Below are positions 13,870-27,438 of a stretch of DNA of 64,000 bases, one piece after another. The first letter of the stretch is position 1, and every line of letters starts with the position of its first letter. Source of the stretch: Octopus vulgaris (lineage: Eukaryota); NCBI GenBank assembly GCA_951406725.2, contig OX597827.1:75392001-75456000 (forward strand). The letters are read 5' to 3'. A model generated the notes under the pieces. The model made no database searches. It saw nothing but the letters and a program-made list of their open reading frames with translations, and had not been told where the DNA came from. The position numbers were made by a program, and so were the translations under genes.

Positions 13870-14583
13870 CTCTTTTACTCTTTTACTTGTTTCAGTCAGT
13901 TGACTGCGGCCATGCTGGAGCACCGCCTTTAGTTGAGCAAATCGACCCCGGGACTTATTCTTTGTAAGCCCAGTACTTATTCTATCGGTCTCTTTTTGCC
14001 GAACCGCTAAGTGACGGGGACGTAAACACACCAGCATCGGTTGTCAAGCAATGCTAGGGGGACAAACACACACACACAAACACACACACATACACCCACA
14101 TATATGTATACATATATACGACAGGCTTCTTTTCAGTTTCCGTCTACCAAATCCACTCACAAGGCATTGGTCGGCCCGAGGCTATAGCAGAAGACACTTG
14201 CCCAAGATGCCACGCAGTGGGACTGAACCCGGAACCATGTGGTTGGTTAGCAAGCTACTTACCACACAGCCACACGACGGGCTTCTTTCAGTTTCCGTCT
14301 ACCAAATCCACTCACAAGGCATTGGTCAGCCCGGGGCTATAGCAGAAGACACTTGCCCAAGATGCTACGCAATGGGATTGAACCCGGAACCAATTGGTTG
14401 GTTAGCAAGCTACTTACCACACAGCCACACGACAGGCTTCTTTCAGTTTCCGTCTACCAAATCCACTCATTGTCGGCCCGGGGCTATAGCAGAAGACACT
14501 TGCCCAAGATGCCACGCAGTGGGACTGAACCTGGAACCATGTGGTTGGTTAGCAAGCTACTTACCACACAGCCACTCCTGTGC
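13870..14583 (-). mobile_element. SINE A with a triplicated ~155-bp 5' head
   Basis: Three tandem copies of the head at 14119-14583 attached to one body and tail. Confidence 0.85.
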
Positions 14584-14845
14584 CTAAGATTTTTTTTTTC
14601 TTTGTTTGCCTCTCCAACTTTATTTCCTTCAGTTTTCCCTTTCATCGTTTTCCTCCTGTCTCTCTTTTCTTTTCTTTCAAATGTTCTTCAAGCATTAAAT
14701 TAAAATCCATTCTCATTATGTCTTGTTTTAGCTCATTTTCACTTTTTATTGACTTTTCATTGCATTTCAAGGTGGACATCCACTTAACTTGATTCTTGAA
14801 ATTCCACTTCAGATTAACAACCAGATTACTCTGAATACATACTTT

Positions 14846-14885
<40 letters not shown>

Positions 14886-15305
14886 AGGTTGGTTAAGAAA
14901 TGTGCTTTGCTAAACCCTTGGGTGACCCAAGACATATAAGTGAAATTTCATAGATAGAAACTGTGTTGAAGCTGTTCAGATGTTATCAGTATTGCACCAG
15001 TGCAGCCTTGTCACACATAGGCTAATTATGCCTGAGAAATATATACATTAAAGTACATATGTCTGTGGAATATTCATCCACTCTTATACTAATGTAATGA
15101 GAAGTCTGTTGGGTTGATTGAACAGAACTCCTAACCAAGATCTATATACATGTATATGCATATACATGCATGTGCACACACTCACACATTCAAATACACA
15201 TACACACCCCCACATATATATACACACAATATATATGCATATATGTATATACATACATATATGTGTGTGTGCATGTATATATATATATGTGTGTATATAC
15301 ATATG

Positions 15306-15353
<48 letters not shown>

Positions 15354-15390
15354 ACATATATGTGTGTATATACATATGTATTCGTATATA

Positions 15391-15436
<46 letters not shown>

Positions 15437-15785
15437 TATATATATATAATTACACACATATAAGTACACTAACCAACATACATGTTAAAATACATATACA
15501 CACATACAGATGTTTAACAATCACATGTTCACATAGAATACATACACACTCACACATGCACACACACGCACACACACACGCACGCACACACACACACATA
15601 CATGGATAGATGTTAATTGTGATTTTATTCAACATATTCATTCCCCTCACAAATTCACAAACTTATTGCAGCGGCCCTTCAGTTTTACTAAGCCCTGTAA
15701 AAGAACTCAAAAGATTGGGCTTCCAACCAGATCTTTCACAATACCCGTATAGCCAGGACCTTTTCAGCACTCCTTGTGTATATAC

Positions 15786-15864
<79 letters not shown>

Positions 15865-16029
15865 TGTATGAAGTTCATTAGCTAACAAAGTTCAGAACAT
15901 AACCGTAGTTTTTCTTGTGTCATTTCTTTTTCTTATTTCTTCTTAACAGTCTATACTCATCCAACACTTTGCTCTGAAACATACGTATATTGAGTTCTAC
16001 ACCAGGTTATCAGTCTCAAAATCCCCTAG

Positions 16030-16082
<53 letters not shown>

Positions 16083-16140
16083 TATGTACATATATATATA
16101 TACGTATATACATATATATATGCAATTATGTATATGTATG

Positions 16141-16200
<60 letters not shown>

Positions 16201-17030
16201 CACACATATATATATATATACACTACCGCCAGAAATTAATTAGCACCCTTGATTTGCTCTTCACTCAAGGTATGTGCTGTCACCTAGTGGCCATATCTCG
16301 AACTATTGCTTTGTTGCGAGTTCACTGTTGCGCAGAACGATGACGTAACTTTGTTTGCAGAGCAGTTTGAGAGTCTACAGCCTTATGATGTTGACATAGC
16401 AGTGCAACAACAACTTGGAGTGCGGATGCAGACAAATCTTTCTTTGTTTAATAGATATAGGTAGCGCCTCGCTAGGACCGAAATCACACCATACTAAGTT
16501 TTCTCATCGCGTAAGACGTTTTGAACAGCTCATAGGTTAATTGATTTAACCTATTTAATGTAGAAATTTGAGAAGTGCTAATTAATTTCTGATGCAAGTG
16601 TATGCATATATATTTACATGCATATATATATATGCATGCATATATATATACCAGCCCAAATATATCTTCAACAAAGTGTATAATGGAACAGGAAACATGA
16701 TAATATGGCTGAGCAGTGTGGGGAGGGAGGGTGGATGCATGAACATGAATGTAACCTTATACAGGGACTCCATCCCTCAAGAATTACAATCTTGGTAGGA
16801 GAATAGGGCTCAGAGATTTTCTTCAGGTACCTTTACTAACAGACACACATTATATCACTTTACATTTGCTTTTCCATACTTCCACACTGGCGCACGTGTT
16901 GGACAGCTTCTCTGTAGCAGATACATTATATACACATGGCATATTTTACAGGCATACATACAGCCTACACCTATATAGAAACACTCTGTGTGTGTGTGTG
17001 TGTGTGTGTATCTATTTATTTATATATATT

Positions 17031-17096
<66 letters not shown>

Positions 17097-17470
17097 TTAT
17101 TTATATATATATTTATTTATTTATATATATATTTATTTATTTATATATATATTTATTTATATATATATATTTATTTATATATATATATATTTATTTATAT
17201 ATATATATTTATTTATATATATATATATATTTATTTATATATATATATTCATTTATATATATATATTTATATATATATATATATATTTATTTATATATAT
17301 ATATATTCATTTTATATATATATTTATATATATATATATATATATATTTATTTATATATACATTTATTTATATATATATTTATTTATATATATATTTATT
17401 TATATATATATCATCATCATCATCATCGTTTAACGTCCGTTCTCCATGCTAGCATATATATATATATATA

Positions 17471-17510
<40 letters not shown>

Positions 17511-17929
17511 GAATATATGCATAGATGTATGTGTGAGTGTATAGATAGATAGATAGATAGATAGATGTGCATTTTGAAAGAGAGAGAGAGAGAGAAATAT
17601 ACCTAGTTATATGTATATTATATATCTATATCGATACACACACACACACACCCACACATCCCTCACACATGTTTCATGTCGTCTACCTGCTGCAGTCAGA
17701 CACCTCAGTTACAGCAGTAATTACCAGACAAATACCTACAAATACTGACACAGCATACTTTTCTAACTTCTCAATGTATTGGACTTACTAAACAGTAACT
17801 TGCCACTTCACACTGCTCCACAACTCACTCTCCTACTCTCCTTCTTTCTTTCCTTCTTTCTTTCCTTCTTTCTTTCTTTTCTTTTTTCCTTCTTTCGCTC
17901 CATGTCTCACTCTTTCCTTGTCCTTCCTC

Positions 17930-17990
<61 letters not shown>

Positions 17991-18199
17991 AGAATCCTGT
18001 TTACACGTCTTTCTCTGTATTTCTGTCTCTTTCTCTTCTCTTACCTTGCTTGTATCTTTTTCCCTCTCTTTCTCTCTCTCTCTGTATCTATTTCTCTTCC
18101 TCTCCCCCTCTCTGTTTTGCATATTTTTTCCCAACCTCATATCTTTCTTTTTCCATATACTCTAGTTTCCTCTTTTCATCCATCTCTCTCTCTCCCTCT

Positions 18200-19050
18200 C
18201 TCTCTTCTTGCTTTAGCCTTTCCCTTCTCTCTCTCTCTCTCACTCTCTCCCTGCTTTAGCCTTTCCCTTCTCTCTCTCTCTCTCTCTCTCGCTCTCTCTT
18301 CTTGCTTTATCCTTTCCCTTCTCTCTCTCTCTTCTTGCTTTAGCCTTTCCCTACTCTCTCTCTCTCTCTCTCTCTCTCTTCTTGCTTTAGCCTTTCCCCT
18401 CTCTCTCTCTCTCTTCTTGCTTTAGCCTTTCCCCTCTCTCTCTCTCTCTCTCTTCTTGCTTTAGCCTTTCCCTTCTCTCTCTCTCTCTTTCTTCTTGCTT
18501 TAGCCTTTCCCTTCTCTCTCTCTCTCTCACTCTCTCCCTGCTTTAGCCTTTCCCTTCTCTCTCTCTCTCTCTCTTCTTGCTTTAGCCTTTCCCTTCTCTC
18601 TCTCTCTTCTTGCTTTAGCCTTTCCCTTCTCTCTCTCTTCTTGCTTTAGCCTTTCCCTTCTCTCTCTCTCTCTTCTTGCTTTAGCCTTTCTCTTCTCTCT
18701 CTCTTCTTGCTTTAGCCTTTCCCTTCTCTCTCTCTTCTTGCTTTAGCCTTTCCCTTCTCTCTCTCTCTCTTTCTTCTTGCTTTAGCCTTTCCCTTCTCTC
18801 TCTCTCTCTCACTCTCTCCCTGCTTTAGCCTTTCCCTTCTCTCTCTCTCTCTCTCTTCTTGCTTTAGCCTTTCCCTCTCTCTCTCTCTTCTTGCTTTAGC
18901 CTTTCCCTTCTCTCTCTCTTCTTGCTTTAGCCTTTCCCTTCTCTCTCTCTTCTTGCTTTAGCCTTTCTCTTCTCTCTCTCTTCTTGCTTTAGCCTTTCCC
19001 TTCTCTCTCTCTTCTTGCTTTAGCCTTTCCCTTCTCTCTCTCTCTCTTTC
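18200..19050. repeat. Pyrimidine minisatellite TCTTGCTTTAGCCTTTCCCTT(CT)n
   Basis: More than 20 units with a variable CT tract. Confidence 0.9.
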
Positions 19051-19309
19051 CTTTCCTGTCCTTTTCCCCCACACCTTTCTCCCATCTCCAAAACTTCTTC
19101 TCCCCCCCTCCCACATCTCCCCCTCTCACTTCCCTCTCTAAATACCATTCTGTAACTTTAAACAACTCCTCCATCTACAAATGTATGTCATCTCACCTCA
19201 AAGTATGGTTCTAATATTCTTAGAAGAACTGTCAAAGGTTAACAGGGGGAAGGAGGGCCTAAAACTGACATAAACCTGCAAACACATTACTGCTGGGGTT
19301 AATACACCC

Positions 19310-19315
19310 ACCACC

Positions 19316-19370
<55 letters not shown>

Positions 19371-19589
19371 TCACCACTAATACTACTACTACTACTACCA
19401 CCACCACCACCACTACCACTACTACCACCACCACCATCACCACTACTACTACTACTACTACCACCACCATCACCACTACTACCACCACCACCACCACTAC
19501 TACTACTACTACTACCACCACCACCATCACCACTAATACTACTACTACTACTACCACCACCATCACCACTACTACCACCACCACCACCC

Positions 19590-19623
<34 letters not shown>

Positions 19624-19801
19624 TCACCACTAATACTACTACTACTACTACCACCACCATCACCACTACTACCACCACCACCATCACCACTACTACTACT
19701 ACCACCATCACCACTACTACTACTACTACCACCACCACCACCACCACTACTACTACTACTACTACCACCACCATCACCACTACTACCACCACCACCATCA
19801 C

Positions 19802-19832
<31 letters not shown>

Positions 19833-19856
19833 TCACCACTACTACCACCACCATCA
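19310..19856. repeat. (ACC/ACT/ATC)n compound trinucleotide repeat
   Basis: Seen directly. Confidence 0.9.
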
Positions 19857-20350
19857 CAAGTTATTGGTGTGGAGGTTCCTCTTCTTGGTTGTTAATCGTA
19901 CTAGAAATAGCAGCCAAATTTTCCACAAGTTAAACCTTAACATGTTAAAGGAACAGGAAGGGCATATAGGCTAAAGTACTCTAGATTTAATACATTACTC
20001 AGTTTGTCACCAGCAGCTGGTCCTGGGGTGCTTTTCGTAGGGTCCACTCTGTTGGGAGTTTATGGGCAAAGTCACTGGTCTGTGGAGAACTTGCTATTAC
20101 CAGTCTTGGGGACTCTGAAGACACTCATGGATGCAGCCTTGCCTCTTCTCACTGAGCCATTAACAAAAAGATGAGATGGTCATGGTTGAAATGTCTTTCA
20201 TCTTAATTTTGTTAATCTGAAACTGATTTGTGGTTGAACAACACCAACAGCAACAGCAACAACGACTAACCCTTCACTCACTGTTATAAGGATTCAAATG
20301 AGTCCCTCAGTTTTTTTTCCACACTCACGTTTTCCATGAAGACATGGGTC

Positions 20351-20390
20351 TATATAAAAGGCCTCTAAGAAGGGGTGGGTTCAGTCAGTG
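20351..20390 (+). promoter_or_regulatory. Possible TATA + initiator core promoter, antisense to the gene
   Basis: TATAAAAG at 20353 and TCAGT at 20381, with its A 30 nt downstream of the TATA start. Confidence 0.25.
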
Positions 20391-20456
20391 CATCAATCAA
20401 GGGCCCAGAGGGCTAAGGAGGGTGGAGTGTCAGGATGTAGCTGCTGCATACTCCTC

Positions 20457-20488
20457 AGAGAGAGAGAGAGAGAGAAAGAGAAAGTGCA

Positions 20489-20556
<68 letters not shown>

Positions 20557-20650
20557 AAGTGCAAGAGAGAGAGAGAGAAAGTGCAAGAGAAAGAGAGAGA
20601 AAGTGCAAGAGAGAGAGAGAAAGTGCAAGAGAGAGAGAGAGAGAAAGTGC

Positions 20651-20699
<49 letters not shown>

Positions 20700-20818
20700 T
20701 GCGAGAGAGAGAGAGAGAGAAAGTGCGAGAGAGAGAGAGAGAGAAAGTGCAAGAGAGAGAGAGGGAAAAAGTGCAAGAGAAAGAGAGAGAGAAAGGGCAA
20801 GAGAGAGAGAGAGAGAGA
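20457..20818. repeat. (GA)n-AAAGTGCAA minisatellite
   Basis: Seen directly. Confidence 0.9.
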
Positions 20819-21036
20819 TCACAGTTGTCTTGAATTTTGAAAAGAACCTTCCAGCACACTCCCCAAGGCCTCTGAAAACAGTCTTGCTCTGAATTGCAAA
20901 AATTCTTTCAAAGGGTCCCCTACCTAAAGATGTTGGGCTTTGACAGTAGCCAATTGCATCAGTTTTGGTGGAAAGGCTTCAAAAATTAAGTCTAATAAGC
21001 TAGAAAAACATATCAGTAATGACAATGACATCTTAC

Positions 21037-21543
21037 CTGTTGAGCGTTTGGTAAATGTACCTTAAATGGTACACCAGGTGCTTTACAGCCATGTGGTATG
21101 CCACGTGGCTCCCACATATAGCAGCCATTTTTCCATGGTGGATACTGTTTAGGGAAAGGTCTGAACTCATCAGTCATTTCCTTGAAGAAGAGCACATAAT
21201 TAAAAACATTCACCATGCTTGGACCAGCCTCAGAGGTTGGCAAGGCATAGATTTGAAACTTGTAGTAGCCTATCTGTGGCACAGTGATCGTGTAACACAT
21301 ACGGCCCTGGAGGTTATTCACCATAACAAAGTTTGGGTTGTCCTGACCCCCGGAATTACACAACAATAGCTTGGTTGTGAATCGGGTAGGTTGGTTGTAT
21401 CCAATGACAATTTCTATGGCATTACCATTCATTTCCAGAAAAGCGTCTTCATGCGATAAAGTTGACAAACCAATTTCATCGAATTTCGCTTGCTTTCCCA
21501 AATAACCATCACTGATTTTGGGTCTTGGAATTTGGTCAGCCAT
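21037..21543 (-). CDS. Coding exon 1 (169 codons) of a KY/hillarin-like C-terminal Ig-like domain protein
   Basis: Non-repetitive ORF MADQIPRPKISDGYLG...GYYKFQIYALP...VFNY...PFPKQYPPWKNGCYMWEP...FKVHLPNAQQ; these motifs recall the KY/hillarin/ltd-1 C-terminus. It ends at donor CAG|GTAAGA (intron starts 21036, phase 0). An in-frame TAA lies 4 codons upstream of the ATG. The upstream acceptor ttttttcttgcag puts the exon start at 21643. Confidence 0.85.
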
Positions 21544-21824
21544 GTCTGTTATTTAGTGGGTTGGTAGTAGACTTGGTCAGTTGAGATGGAAATATTTCGG
21601 ATGATGGCAGATTGGTCGGTTGCCAGTGAAGATGTTTGAAGTTCTGCAAGAAAAAATTTAAGTCTGTTTAGCAGAGGATACAATTTTTTTGTGTTGTTTT
21701 GTTCTTTGTGTTGTTTTCAATTCATTTTAATACTCGTCTACAGGTGTACGTATATGTATTTGTATGAATACGCACATTTGTATGCATATATGTGCATATG
21801 TACATGTGCATTTACGCATGCATA

Positions 21825-22096
21825 CAGTGACTCCTTGACTATAGTGGGTGTTACATTCCAAAACACCCCACAATGGGTGAAAATCTATGAAAAAGAAACT
21901 ACTGTATATTTTTTTTATTATTTTTTATAATTTGTGTATATTTATTTTATTATGAATGCAAAACAGCACCACAGAGAAATTGACATAAGTTTAAATAATG
22001 AACTGCAACAGGTGAATCACGACAGGTGAACCGCAACAGGTGAACCGCAACAGGTGAACCGCAACAGGTGAACCGTGATATGGCGTGGGGTTACTG
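21825..22096. mobile_element. Tigger-type MITE with an internal 14-bp tandem repeat
   Basis: ta|cagtgactcc...ggggttactg|ta; acaggtgaaccgca x5 at 22008-22077. Confidence 0.7.
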
Positions 22097-22162
22097 TATA
22101 TGTGTACATGCATGTGTTTGTATGTATGTGCGTATGTGTGTATAAATATACATGTATGTATG

Positions 22163-23557
22163 TCTCTTATGTGTCCATAGCTTACACTTGGTGCATCTTA
22201 TAGAGTGCATCTTATAGAGTGCATCTTATGGTGCATCTTATAGACACATAAGAGATGCAGCAATGTCAAAGGAAGGCTAACTAGGAAGATGGTTTTTGTA
22301 TGTGGCAGATGCTCAGGAACAATAAACACTTAAAATGCTCTGAGACCAACTTCCGTCACTTTCCAGGGAGAAAAACTAGAAATAGTTGATAGTTTCCGTT
22401 ACCTAGGTGACCAGGTCAGCAGCGGGGGCGGGTGTGCTGAAAGTGTAACTGCTAGAGTAAGAATAGCTTGGGCAAAGTTCAGAGAGCTCTTACCTCTGCT
22501 GGTGACAAAAGGCCTCTCGCACAGAGTGAAAGGCAGACTGTATGATGCGTGTGTACGAACAGCCATGCTACATGGCAGTGAAACATGGGCCGTGACTGCT
22601 GAGGATATGCGTAAGCTCGCTAGAAATGAAGCCAGTATGCTCCGATGGATGTGTAATGCTGGTACTCACACTCGGCAGAGTGTAAGTACCTTGAGAGAAA
22701 AACTGGAGCTAAGAAGCATCAGTTGTGGTGTGCAAGAGAGACGTTTGCGCTGGTATGGTCATGTGGCGAGAATGGATGAAGGTAGTTGTGTGAAAAAGTG
22801 CCACACCCTAGCGGTTGAGGGAACCTGTGGAAGAGGCAGACCCAGGAAAACCTGGGACGAGGTGGTGAAGCACGACCTTCGAACTTTAGGTCTCACTGAG
22901 GAAATGACTAGAGACCGAGACCTCTGGAAGTGTGCTGTGCGCGAGAAGACCCGGCAGGACAAGTGAGTCCATAACCCGTGGCCTTCTACATGGGATGGAG
23001 CCAGCCTACGTATGCATACCTTCCCTTCTTGGGACACAAAACTCTACTTGTGAAGACGTGTTGAGGCAAGTGAGGATCAGAATCGAAATCGATCAATGGA
23101 AATTGCGGATGTGCTACCAGTGCCGGTGGCATGTCGAAACTCTGCTTGTGAAGACCCGTTGAGGCAAGTGAGGATCAGAATCGAAATCGATCAATGGAAA
23201 TCGATCAATGGAAATTGCAGATGTGTTACCAGTGCCGGTGGCATGTAAGAGAACTTTCCGTTTCGCGACCGTTGCCAGCACCGCCCCGTTTCGTGTCCGT
23301 TGCCAGCCTCGCCTGGCCCTCGTGCCGGTGGCACATAAAAAGCACCATCCGTTCGTGGCCGTTTGCCAGCTCTGTCTGGCACCAGTGCGGGTGGCACGTA
23401 AAAAGCACCCACTACACTCACGGAGTGGTTGGCGTTAGGAAGGGCATCCAGCCGTAGAAACACTGCCAGATTTGACTGGGCCTGATGAAGCCTTCTGGCT
23501 TCACAGACCCCAGTAGAACCGTCCAACCCATGCTAGCATGGAAAACGGACGCTAAAC

Positions 23558-23615
<58 letters not shown>
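22163..23615 (+). mobile_element. 5'-truncated RTE-clade LINE with inverted 5' segment
   Basis: THKRCS..FVCGRC, then one stop, then FRYLGD...RVRIAWAKFRELLPLL...LHGSETW...RRLRWYGHVAR...GRGRPRKTW; stop at 22966; repeat-rich 3'UTR; (GAT)n tail. Confidence 0.9.
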
Positions 23616-23792
23616 TCTGTATGTGGGTGTCTATGTATTTACACATGTATATGTGTATGTACTTGTATGTGTATTGGTGTTCATACATGTATGTATTTAC
23701 ACATGTAGATATTTCTACATGTATATATGAGTATTAACACATTTATATACGCACACATCTGTACTTGTACACACGTGTGTATGTGCATTTAT

Positions 23793-24703
23793 ACTCTTTA
23801 CTCTTTTACTCTTTTACTTGTTTCAGTCATTTGACTGGGGCCATGCTGGAGCACTGCCTTTAGTCGAGCAAATCGACCCCGGGACTTATTCTTTGTAAGC
23901 CCAGTACTTATTCTATCAGTCTCTTTTGCCGAACCGCTAAGTGACGGGGACGTAAACACACCAGCATCGGTTGTCAAGCAATGCTAGGGGGACAAACACA
24001 GACACACAAACATATACACACATATATATAGAAGACTAGCAGTATCGCCCGGCGTTACTCGGGTTTGTAAGGGAAATAACTATATAAGCATTTTTAGAGA
24101 GTTACTTCCCTTATAGATGCCAATTTGGGCTTTCTTAGCCATTTCTGTTTTGGTGTCTTCAAGCCATGAAGTCGTTGTTCTAAAAGAACGCTGGTCTCCT
24201 TGACAACGCTTTACGACGTTGATTTCCTTACACTCCCTTCCCCACAGCTTCACGAGGGAGGGAAGAAGCAAACAGGTGCAGGTGTGACCATGGACGCCAA
24301 CTCCGCCGCCATCAACACACGAAAAATTATGCATTAAAATGGAATAAAAAATTATGTTAAATTATTTTTAAAATCGTAGACTCATCGTAGACGCGCGCTA
24401 ATAGCCAGACGGGCTCGATATTAATCACGACTATAAGATACCCTGAATTTGGTTAAACTGCACCGCAAAATGTGGGAGGAGTTAGGAATCTAAATCGAAG
24501 GGGACAGACACTCACACAACTACAGTTTTATATATATAGATATACGACAGGCTTCTTTCAGTTTCCGTCTACCAAATCCACTCACAAGGCTTTGGTCGGC
24601 CCGAGGCTATAGCAGAAGACACTTGCCCGAGATGCCATTCAGTGGGACTGAACCCGGAACCATGTGGTTGGTTAGCAAGCTACTTACCACACAGCCACTC
24701 CTG
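23793..24703 (-). mobile_element. SINE A interrupted by a Helitron-like element
   Basis: Body/tail at 23793-24030 and head at 24541-24703. Confidence 0.8.
24036..24540 (-). mobile_element. Non-autonomous Helitron-like element, variant 1
   Basis: On the minus strand it ends in a GC-rich hairpin (cccg...cggg) then CTAG; its termini are shared with 24965-25343. Confidence 0.6.
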
Positions 24704-24964
24704 CAGGTTATGTGTTTGTACTGTTATATGTGCATGCATTTGTGTGTGTGTGTGTGTGCATATGTGAATGGGCACGTGCATTTGCATACCTTTGCGTTCG
24801 TAAACGTGAGTGAAGTGTGTATGTGTGTATGTGTCTGCATGGATGTATGTGCTTATTCTGTTTAGTTTTTCAATACATGTCAATGCATATGTATGTTGAA
24901 TATTAACAGATAGTTACGGTTACATACTAGCATGTTGATTTCACAGCTGCTCTATGTATTTACA

Positions 24965-25343
24965 CTAGCAGTATCGCCCGGCGCTGCTCGGGTTTGTAAG
25001 GGAAATAACTATAAAGCATTTTTAGAGAGTTATAGCCAAAAAATAGCAAAAAAATTGAAAAAAAATTATGGTAAATTTTTTTGTGAGTTAAAAAGGTCGA
25101 GTTGCGTCCCCTAGACATTTTGTGGTTTGTGTTTCTGATTCTCGACCCCATGTCGAATTTATCGATTTTTTTCAGAACTGGGGGAACTTTTCAAAATTTT
25201 CGCTGCTTTAGTTTTGAATTATGACATTGGGTTATGTGTGTGTCAAGTTTCATCAGAATCGGTTGAAAGCCGTGGTCAGGGTGAGGGTACAACCTAACAG
25301 ACACACAGACACGCAGACAGACAAACTGCCGTTTATATATAGA
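24965..25343 (-). mobile_element. Non-autonomous Helitron-like element, variant 2
   Basis: Same 3' hairpin + CTAG; close inverted copy at ~47025-47402. Confidence 0.65.
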
Positions 25344-27403
25344 GAGATATATTTGTGCGTGTGTAGAGAGAGATATACTTTTATACATTTATCTTTTATC
25401 AGAATACAACCAAAACACAAACACTTCATATGTATGTATGTATTTGAATATATATGTATGTGTATTTGTGTGTATGTACATGTATATATTTATGTATATG
25501 TCTATATATATAAAATAAATATATATTTATGTGTATATACTTATATATTATATTTGTTTATGTGTAGGTGTATGTATATTAATGAGTGTGTATCTATGTA
25601 TACATGTAAACAAACATAAACATTTATGTTATATCATAAATACACTATGGTAGATAAACTTACTATTTACATATACACATGCACACACCCATGTATATGT
25701 GTTAGTGTGTTTATGTATGAAGGCACATGGCCCAGTGGTTAGAGTGTTAGGTTTTCAATCATAGGATTGTGAGTTCAATTCCCAGACCAAGCTGTGCTCT
25801 TGAGCAAGACACTTTATTTCTCATTGCTATAGTTCACTCAGATGTAGAATGGAGTTCTGACTCTGACATCAATGATGCCAAGCTGTGTTGGCCTTTCCCT
25901 TTCCCCTTGGACAACATCTGTGGCATAGAGAGAGGAGGCTGGTATGCATGGATACAGACTCGTGCCTCAGAGGGTACCTTTCAGTTTATGGTCATTCATG
26001 GCCGAAGGGGTTCTTACTCTTTTACTTCTTTTAGTCATTTGAATGCGGCTTTAGTTGAGGAAATCAATCACAGACTTATTCTTTGTAAGCCCAGTACTTA
26101 TTCTATCAGTCGCTTTTGCCGAACTGCTAAGTTACGGGGACATAAACACTCCAGCATCAGTTGTCGGCCCGCTGCTATAGTGGAAGACACTTGCCCAAGG
26201 TGCCATGCAGCGGAACTGAACCCAGAACCATGTGGTTGGTAAGCAAGCTACTTACCACACAGCCACTCCTGCACCTTATATATATAAGTAAAAGAATATA
26301 TATATTCATTCACCAAGTTGGACTACTGAACTCTACAAGTTTTTCATTTTCTCTCTGTTTAGTTCCTCTTATTCCTGTTGAAGAGCATAAGCTCAAAACA
26401 TAAAAGACTTTTTCATTTTTCCTGAGTATCAAACTTATACACTTGCTTGTTATTCATACACCTGTCTTCGCCTTTTGTTTTTCTATAAATTTCAACTATA
26501 TATATATATATATATATATATAAAAGTACAAAGTGAGATAGGAGTTATGAGTGTAACCCACTATGGGATATCATTTATCCAATATACTGCCAGTAAAGTA
26601 CCCAGAAGGCTAATACATAAATGCTAAGAATTGCAATGCAATTATTTCATTTATTGTATTATATGGGCGAAGGTAAAATGTTTTACCTCAAATTCGTAAT
26701 ACAAAATATATTTTATATATATATATATATTCTTTTACTTGTTTCAGTCATCTGACTGTGGCCATGCTGGAGCACCACCTTAAAGGGTTTTATATGAACA
26801 ACTTGACTCCAGGACCTTATTTTTTAAGCCTAGTACTTATTCTATTAGTCTCTTTTGCTGAACTGTTAAGTTACAGGGATGTAAATGTATCAACACTGGT
26901 TGTCAAGTGGTGATAGGGTGACAATGACAAAGACACACACATAGATATATGCATACATATATATAAACATAAATATATACACATGAAGGGCTTCTTTCAG
27001 TTTCCGTCTACCCAAATCCACTCACAAGGCTTTGGTCAGCCCAAGGCAATACTAGAAGGCACTTGCCCAAGGTGCTACACAGTGGGACTGAACTTAGAAC
27101 CAAGTGGTTGGGAAGCAAGCTTCTTACCACATAGCCATTATTCTTAAACAAGAATACTCTGAAGTTTAGGCCAGCTACACCATCATCAGACCGACCAGAA
27201 CTTCGAAGTCACTGCCAATAATATTGTTGTTTAAGAATAATAAATTTGTATCCTACAGATTATTGTAACTTAACATAAAAACAAACATCAGCATACATAC
27301 ATATATATATATAGTTAATCCAAACAAGAAAGCACAAAAAAACACAACAACGTGAGGACGTGGAACAAATATGGTATTATTGGACGCTCAGGAAAGAAGG
27401 AGG

Positions 27404-27438
27404 GTTTAATGTTTCGAGCGGAGCTCTTCGTCGGAAAC
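27404..27438 (-). ncRNA. Minimal hammerhead-like motif (U4C core)
   Basis: guuu CCGACGA A GAGC ucc GCUC GAAAC AUU aaac; same element family as 37116-37150. Confidence 0.5.

Noticed and set aside
14051-14703. Recurring ORFs with EDTCPRCHAVGLNPEPCGW or RRHLPKVPRSGTEP
   Set aside because: Antisense translations of the SINE A head.
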